From positions 1,280,001 through 1,344,000 of the forward strand of contig CAVSHB010000001.1 in the NCBI GenBank assembly GCA_963727775.1: 64,000 bases of DNA. The letters are read 5' to 3'. A program made the translations under genes and the position numbers. Every line of letters begins with the position of its first letter. Within the stretch, counting starts at the first letter, position 1. Under the pieces are notes generated by a model that saw only the letters and a list, made by a program, of their open reading frames with translations, searched no databases and was not told the origin of the DNA. This document shows positions 58,563 to 64,000 of this stretch, piece after piece. This DNA is from an uncultured Nitrospiraceae bacterium. Its GTDB lineage: Bacteria > Nitrospirota > Thermodesulfovibrionia > Thermodesulfovibrionales > SM23-35.

Positions 58563-59682
58563 AACATAACGACATAATAGTTGCCGCATAAATATGCTAT
58601 CATATAGCCATATCCCTTATAAGGAGGTGGCAATGCGGAAACTGATAATTGGAGATGCTGAGTTGATGCAAATTGCAATTCGCCAGGAAATAGATCGAAC
58701 AGATGAGTCGCGTTATGATCATCGTCTTCACGGAGTGCTTCTGGTTGCAAGTAATCACACATGCACCGAAGTAGCGAGATTGTTCGGTGAGGATCGCCGG
58801 ACGATCCAGCGGTGGGTCAAAAAGTTCGAAACGGGTGGCTTTGATGGTCTTCGAGAGGGAGATCATCCTGGCCGACCGGACAGGCTTGACGAGAGGCAGT
58901 GGGAGTCTGTAGCTGCTGACCTGCGAAAAAATCCTCGCGATTTTAGACATGGGCAAAACCTTTGGGATGGCAAAATGCTGAGTGAACATTTGAAACAGCG
59001 CTATCATGTTAAGCTTGGTGTGCGACAATGCCAACGTATGTTCAGCAAACTTGGGTTTCGACTGCGTAAGCCAAGACCTCAGGTAGCCCAAGCCGATCCC
59101 GTTAAGATCGATGTTTTTAAAAAAACTGCGGCGCCTGGCAAGAAAAAAGGACATTGAGATATGGAGTCTGGACGAATGCCATTTCCAGCAGCACGGCACA
59201 CGAAGCCGAATGTGGGTACCACCCGAAACAAAAGACCCGATATTGTACCATGCGCCTACTCGCAAATCGGTAGCGTGCTTCGGTGCGGTCAACATGAACA
59301 CTGGCAAGTTCGTTCGAACCATTTGCGACAAGTTCAACGCAGAAACATTCGAGCTTTTTCTGAAACAATTATTGCGACACCGAACACGCGGCAAACGGAT
59401 GGTGATCATCCTGGACAATGCCCGATACCACCATGCGGTGCTGCTTGTTCCATTATTGGAAAAATATCGCAGCATTCTGAGATTGGTGTTTCTGCCGCCA
59501 TACAGCCCGCAACTTGCTCCAATCGAGAGAGTATGGAAGCTTGCCAGGCGCATTGCAACACACAACCAATACTTTGTAACGTTGAGCATGTTGATAGAGG
59601 TCGTCGAATCATGTTTCGACCAATGGAAAAAACCAAACCGGATTCTGACAAGATTATGCGGCATAACTTAAGTCGCTATGTT
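58563..59682 (+). mobile_element. IS630 family insertion sequence (1120 bp) with TA target duplication
   Basis: TA at 58561-62 and 59683-84; imperfect TIRs aacataacgacataatagttgccgcataa / ttatgcggcataacttaagtcgctatgtt; two-ORF transposase. Confidence 0.93.
58633..59671 (+). CDS. IS630 transposase in two frames (HTH ORF 58633..59157, DDE ORF to 59671)
   Basis: RTIQRWVKKF..GG..GL...HPGRP HTH; LDECHF, ILDNARYH, PPYSPQLAPIERVW DDE; frames meet at TTTTTAAAAAAA 59114-59125. Confidence 0.9.
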
Positions 59683-59882
59683 TAGTAATGGCTTCTTCAT
59701 AAGTCTTTCCCTGAGAAAGACATCCAGGGAGTGCCGGCACTTCAACTACATAATAGCCGGCCTCATCTTTTTCTATGACTACATTTACTTTCATCTTTTT
59801 TCCTTTAGCAGATACGCTCTATCTAAACCTTACCATATGCATAATTTTTATGTCAAAAAACATCCTGACAAATAATAATGAT

Positions 59883-59911
59883 TTGACTTAAACAGAAATC
59901 ATTGCTATTCT
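59883..59911 (+). promoter_or_regulatory. Putative sigma70 promoter for the BrnT-like TA operon
   Basis: TTGACT-17 bp-TATTCT with extended TG. Confidence 0.4.
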
Positions 59912-59940
59912 ATAATAAAGAATACAATAGGCACACGTTT

Positions 59941-60219
59941 ATGAAATATTTTGACTGGAATGATGAGAAGAATGAAGTGCTTAAGAAAACACGGGGCGTA
60001 TCTTTTGAACAGGTTGAATTGGCAATAGCGTTGGGAGATTTGATCGACCGAGTAAAACATCCGAATTCAGCAAAATATCCGAATCAGAGAGTTTTTCTTG
60101 TTAAGATCGACAATTATATTTATTCAGTGCCCTATGTTGAGGATAACGAAAAAATATTCTTAAAAACGATAATACCAAACGGCAAAGCAACCAAAAAATA
60201 TTTTGGAGGCAAAAAATGA
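59941..60219 (+). CDS. BrnT/DUF497-like ribonuclease toxin
   Basis: FDWNDEKNEVLKKTRGVSFE, HPN..KYPNQ, VPYVE...FLKTIIP..KAT. Confidence 0.8.
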   Translation: MKYFDWNDEKNEVLKKTRGVSFEQVELAIALGDLIDRVKHPNSAKYPNQRVFLVKIDNYIYSVPYVEDNEKIFLKTIIPNGKATKKYFGGKK

Positions 60220-60494
60220 AAAAGGCAACATATTTGGATAAAGACGAGATGGAGTTAGCAAGATCACTTGAAAATGAAGAATGGGTATCCGATCTTACCA
60301 GGAAGGAAAAGAAACAATACGAGGAATATGCACGCTATAGTCTCAATAAACAAAAGAGGATAAACATCCGAATGAGTGAGCGAGATTTAAAGAAAATCAG
60401 GGCGAAGGCAATTGAAGAGGGCATTCCGTATCAGTCCCTTATCTCGATGCTGATTCACAAATACAACGAAGGCAAAGTATCAATTAGCAGATAA
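60216..60494 (+). CDS. CopG/RHH-type antitoxin
   Basis: KRINIRMSERDL..IRAKAIEEGIPYQSLISMLIHKY; ATGA-coupled to the toxin. Confidence 0.8.
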   Translation: MKKATYLDKDEMELARSLENEEWVSDLTRKEKKQYEEYARYSLNKQKRINIRMSERDLKKIRAKAIEEGIPYQSLISMLIHKYNEGKVSISR

Positions 60495-60538
60495 AGGAAA
60501 TGGAGTGATTTCCAATTAAAGGCTATCTGATAAAGAAA

Positions 60539-61447
60539 TTGCTTCTGCTGATACCTGTCCTTTTCGGCATTACTCTCCTTACATTTACACTCACAAAAAC
60601 ATTGCCGGGTGATCCTGTTTTGAGCATGGTAGGTGAAAGAGCGCAACCTGAAGTTATAGAGAAGATCAGAAAAGAACTCGGCGCGGATAAAAATATTTTC
60701 AGCCAGTATGCCGGATATGTAAAATTGCTGATGACCGGAGAATTCGGGCGCTCCTATTATACAAACCGAAAGGTATTCGACGACCTCATGCTTAAATTCC
60801 CGAATACCTTAAAGCTGGCATTATGCGCCATGATAATAGCCATACCTGTCGGCCTGCTGCTGGGATTCATTTCCGCGATTTATAAGGATACCCTCACGGA
60901 CAGGCTGATTTCTTCTTTGTCGGTCATCGGACTAAGTGTGCCGGTTTTCTGGAGCGGACTCCTGATTATGCTTTTTTTTAGCCTGAAGCTTAGACTTTTC
61001 CCTCCGTCGGGAACGGGGGACCTCAGATTTCTTGTGCTGCCTTCGATAACTCTCGCCTTGCCTGCCCTTGCGACCTTATCAAGGCTTGTAAGGACCATAT
61101 GCATCGATATCATCGATATGCCTTTTGTTACAACGGCAAGGGCCAAGGGGATAAGGGAGACGAAGATAGCCCTAATCCATGTGCTCAAGAATGCGCTCAT
61201 TCCCATTATAACCGTCATAGGGCTTGATTTCGGAAGCTATCTGAACGGCGCGGTCCTTACCGAAACCATATTCGGATGGGACGGCATAGGAAGATTTACG
61301 ATGGAGGGAATAGTAAAGAGAGACTATCCCGTAATAATGGGATGTGTGATCTTGGGGACTGTTGTTTTCGTTATCGTTAATCTGCTTGTTGATCTTATTT
61401 ATCATCATCTTGATCCGAGGGTAAGAGTGCATGAAAGCAGCAGGTAA
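60539..61447 (+). CDS. Peptide ABC transporter permease (DppB/OppB); true start may be ATT 60515
   Basis: LPGDP, SVPVFW, TARAKG, HVLKNA, GAVLTETIF, RDYPV. Confidence 0.9.
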   Translation: MLLLIPVLFGITLLTFTLTKTLPGDPVLSMVGERAQPEVIEKIRKELGADKNIFSQYAGYVKLLMTGEFGRSYYTNRKVFDDLMLKFPNTLKLALCAMIIAIPVGLLLGFISAIYKDTLTDRLISSLSVIGLSVPVFWSGLLIMLFFSLKLRLFPPSGTGDLRFLVLPSITLALPALATLSRLVRTICIDIIDMPFVTTARAKGIRETKIALIHVLKNALIPIITVIGLDFGSYLNGAVLTETIFGWDGIGRFTMEGIVKRDYPVIMGCVILGTVVFVIVNLLVDLIYHHLDPRVRVHESSR

Positions 61448-62240
61448 GATTTCGGTTTCCGTATTAATTTTAATATCACTGCTTTCTTTGTTTGCGCCTT
61501 TGATCTCTCATTATGACCCCGACAGAATTGACCTCGACAGCCTGAGAGAACCTCCGGGCGTAAACCACTTTTTAGGCACGGACAACAAAGGCAGGGACAT
61601 CTTTGCAAGGTTAATTTATGGGGGAAGGATATCGATAAGCATTGCGCTGAGCGCAGCGTTCGTATCGGTGGTTATCGGACTTATTGTCGGCTTGTGTTCA
61701 GGGTATTTTGGAGGGAAGACAGATACGGCTATTATGGCAATCGTCGATTTGATACTTTCTTTCCCGGCGCTGCTTCTCGCGATTGGAATCTCCATTATAT
61801 TTCCGCCCGGTATTTATACGGTAATGATAGCGATTGCCTCTGTCGGCTGGGCATCGTTTGCAAGGCTTATAAGAAGCCACATATTGACCTTGAGAGAAGC
61901 AAATTTTGTTGAAGCGGCAAGATCAATAGGATGCGGGGATGCACGGATATTATTTGTTCATCTCATGCCCCAATGCATATCTTTGGTGCTTGTCATGACA
62001 AGCATGAAGATAGGCGGGTATATACTGACGGAGGCGTCGCTAAGTTTCCTGGGTTTGGGCGCCCAGCCTCCTGCGGCAACCTGGGGGTCCATGATAAATG
62101 CAAACAGGGCTTATATTTCGTCCGCCCCCTGGATGGTATTTTCCCCGGGATTGATGATCGCTGTTACGGCACTCAGTTTTAATATTCTCGGAGATGCGCT
62201 GAGAGATAAATACGGATTGAGGACCAAAGGACAGAATTGA
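61431..62240 (+). CDS. Peptide ABC transporter permease (DppC/OppC)
   Basis: HFLGTDNKGRD, EAARSIG, EASLSFLGLG, FNILGDALRD. Confidence 0.92.
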   Translation: MKAAGKISVSVLILISLLSLFAPLISHYDPDRIDLDSLREPPGVNHFLGTDNKGRDIFARLIYGGRISISIALSAAFVSVVIGLIVGLCSGYFGGKTDTAIMAIVDLILSFPALLLAIGISIIFPPGIYTVMIAIASVGWASFARLIRSHILTLREANFVEAARSIGCGDARILFVHLMPQCISLVLVMTSMKIGGYILTEASLSFLGLGAQPPAATWGSMINANRAYISSAPWMVFSPGLMIAVTALSFNILGDALRDKYGLRTKGQN

Positions 62241-62257
62241 TATAGAGGCGGGACCTT

Positions 62258-62815
62258 TTACTTTTCCCTGAGTTTTTCTTCCTCTTCCTGTAAGGTTTTA
62301 CACTCTATGCACATAGTGGTGACCGGTCTTGCTTCGAGTCTCCTTATATCTATTTCCAGACCGCACTTGTCGCATATGCCGAATATACCCTGGCTCAGCC
62401 TTTCTAAGGCCTCGTCAATCTTTTTTATAAGTTTACGTTCCCTTCCCTTTAGCCTGAGCATGAAATTTCTATCGATTTCGGCAGTTGCCTGATCACCAAG
62501 GTCTGGAAACATAGTCTGTCCCGGCAATTCATTCAGTGCTTCCAGCGCGCCAAGCAAGAGGATTTTTTTCTGTGATAGGAGATTTTTCTTTATATCGTGC
62601 AATTTCTTTTCTCGCGGGTTCATCTTTATTGATTTGCCTGCTGTTTTTTTTGCGGTTGTTTTTGTAGTTGTTTTTGTAGTTGTTTTTGCTGTTATTTTTG
62701 CTGTTACCTTTTTTGTTTCTTTTATTGGTTCCTTTGCTTTCTTAGCCTTATCCTTAGCCTTAGTATTCGGCTTAGTATTCGGCTTCTTGGTTTTGACGGC
62801 CTGTTTCTTTGTCAT
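62258..62815 (-). CDS. dksA: DksA with Lys/Thr/Ala-rich N-terminal extension
   Basis: DLGDQA (DxxDxA), CDKC..RLEARP...CIEC zinc finger. Confidence 0.88.
   Translation of the reverse strand: MTKKQAVKTKKPNTKPNTKAKDKAKKAKEPIKETKKVTAKITAKTTTKTTTKTTAKKTAGKSIKMNPREKKLHDIKKNLLSQKKILLLGALEALNELPGQTMFPDLGDQATAEIDRNFMLRLKGRERKLIKKIDEALERLSQGIFGICDKCGLEIDIRRLEARPVTTMCIECKTLQEEEEKLREK
62655..62702. repeat. Four imperfect 12-bp tandem units in the dksA 5' region
   Basis: gttgtttttgta x2, gttgtttttgct, gttatttttgct; a further cttagtattcgg x2 at 62759-62782. Confidence 0.75.
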
Positions 62816-62969
62816 ATGGACTCCTAATAATATAAGATAATTACTTAACTTAACAAAAATATCCGAGTCCGGTCAATGGGAATATGGCGTGGTTTATCCG
62901 GGGGGGATTATTTAGACAGACGCTATACGGAAACAGAATGAAATTATGCCTGTTTAGGTAAAATAAAGA

Positions 62970-63752
62970 ATGAAGGATACGGAGAAGGACATCCGGTCGG
63001 CGCTTACTGCAACAGTGGAAGAGCTGAAGCTGCTTGTGCATCATCCTTCTTCCAGAGTTGTTGCAACCCTCCTTTACAATCCCAATTTGACTGAAGAACT
63101 TGCGCTCATGATCGCAAACAGAAAGAATATTGATCCGGTGATACTCGAATCCCTTCATCAGGACAAGCGATGGCTGAAAAGTTATCGCATCATGCTCGCA
63201 TTATGCAAAAACCCCAGGACGCCGCAGAAAGTCTTATTCTCGTTATTAAAATCTTTAAGAATATTTGATATCGCTGACCTGACAAGGAACCGGCAAGTCC
63301 CGCTGAATGTGAGGATGAAAGCGGAAACGCATATCAACGAGAAAATATTGTCGATGCCACTGGGCATTAAAACTGCGCTGGCGCGCATGGCAAGCGGCAG
63401 TGTTCTCATAAGATTGCTGGAGGACGGCATGAAGGAAGTTGTTGCAGTATGCCTTAACAGCATTTATATGACCGAAGGGGTCATATGCAAGCTTGTAAAC
63501 ATGAAAAAAATAGCTTCTCACGTAATTCGGCAGATAGCAGAACATCCAAAGTGGTCAGGCAGGTATGATGTGCGATGGTCGTTGATCCGCAACAGACACG
63601 CTCCGCTCTCACGTGTTGTGGGTTTCCTCAAGAATTTCAAGACTACCGACCTGGAGGAACTCTATGCCGCCCCGGAGGTGCCGGCAAGCACAAAGCCGTT
63701 TATTTACAGAGAGCTTATGGACAGGGAAGAAACCCGGGTATCTAAACATTAA
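62970..63752 (+). CDS. Hypothetical alpha-helical repeat (HEAT/LRV-like) protein
   Basis: 260 aa; recurring LxxNPxxP and IAEHPKW..RY.VR..L..N...P units. Confidence 0.6.
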   Translation: MKDTEKDIRSALTATVEELKLLVHHPSSRVVATLLYNPNLTEELALMIANRKNIDPVILESLHQDKRWLKSYRIMLALCKNPRTPQKVLFSLLKSLRIFDIADLTRNRQVPLNVRMKAETHINEKILSMPLGIKTALARMASGSVLIRLLEDGMKEVVAVCLNSIYMTEGVICKLVNMKKIASHVIRQIAEHPKWSGRYDVRWSLIRNRHAPLSRVVGFLKNFKTTDLEELYAAPEVPASTKPFIYRELMDREETRVSKH

Positions 63753-63999
63753 ACCTGAAATTAATGATGTCCCCGTCCCTTACTTCATAGGTTTTCCCTT
63801 CCAGCCTCAGGAGACCTTTATCCCTTGCAGTGTGCATGTTTCCGCTGGAGATGAAGTCTTCATATGAAATGACTTCCGCCCTAATAAACCCTTTTTCTAT
63901 GTCGGAGTGTACCTTGCCGGCAGCTTTCTGAGCAATAGTCCCCTTATTTATAGTCCATGCCTTTACTTCATCTTCGCCGACCGTGAAAAAAGATATCAG
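63742..63999 (-). CDS. ychF: 3' end of redox-regulated ATPase YchF (partial)
   Basis: Manual translation LISFFTVGEDEVKAWT..AAGKVHSDIEKGFIRAEVI..LRLEGKTYEVRDGDIINFRFNV-stop. Confidence 0.92.
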   Translation of the reverse strand: MISFFTVGEDEVKAWTINKGTIAQKAAGKVHSDIEKGFIRAEVISYEDFISSGNMHTARDKGLLRLEGKTYEVRDGDIINFRFNV

Positions 64000-64000
64000 A

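Larger units (their letters stand above)
58472..59794 (-). pseudogene. hicB: HicB antitoxin interrupted by IS630
   Basis: Removing the IS and one TA restores a 66-aa ORF: MKVNVVIEKDEAGYYVVEVPALPGCLSQGKTYEEAITNIKEAIEGWLEVMESKRSPDPSRLIEVAV. Confidence 0.9.

Noticed and set aside
58472..58762. 96-aa minus-strand ORF as an intact gene
   Set aside because: Chimera of IS630 left-end sequence and the hicB 3' half
58600..59664. 354-aa antisense ORF across the IS630
   Set aside because: Antisense shadow of the transposase with no recognisable domain
53454..60514. Prophage or integrative element
   Set aside because: No integrase, phage structural genes or flanking att direct repeats were seen

Overview
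Bacterial chromosomal window from a Gram-negative organism. Gene content and order suggest Nitrospirota or Desulfobacterota, but this is inference only. (1) About 167-30712 is a large, mostly minus-strand ABC-transporter (Wzm/Wzt)-type surface-polysaccharide locus. It carries many GT2/GT4 glycosyltransferases, gmd, a perosamine-synthase-like aminotransferase, seven methyltransferase(-like) domains and a frameshifted GT4-GT2 gene. Embedded at 1434-7957 is a GC-rich phosphonate cassette: PEP mutase-nucleotidyltransferase fusion, phosphonopyruvate decarboxylase, AEP transaminase, LicC-like cytidylyltransferase, SAM methyltransferase and TagF-like transferase. It plausibly decorates the glycan with (N-methylated) aminoethylphosphonate. 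(2) About 30.9-53.5 kb is mostly housekeeping (ilvC, psd, pssA, leuA, yajQ, arsC, NifU-domain, amidase, D-aminoacylase, aRF1-like protein, peptide-binding protein), plus a cell-wall-hydrolase module and a ~160-nt rod-like inverted repeat. (3) About 53.5-60.5 kb is a defence-island-like insertion splitting a dpp/opp operon. It contains an ATPase-wHTH-nuclease with tandem palindromic operators, a TPR-CHAT caspase-like protease, a NERD remnant, a 98-bp MITE-like element, a hicAB pair destroyed by truncation and an IS630 insertion (TA duplication), and an intact BrnT-like toxin-antitoxin pair. The window ends with dppBC-like genes, dksA, a helical-repeat protein and the 3' end of ychF. No rRNA, tRNA or CRISPR array was recognised.
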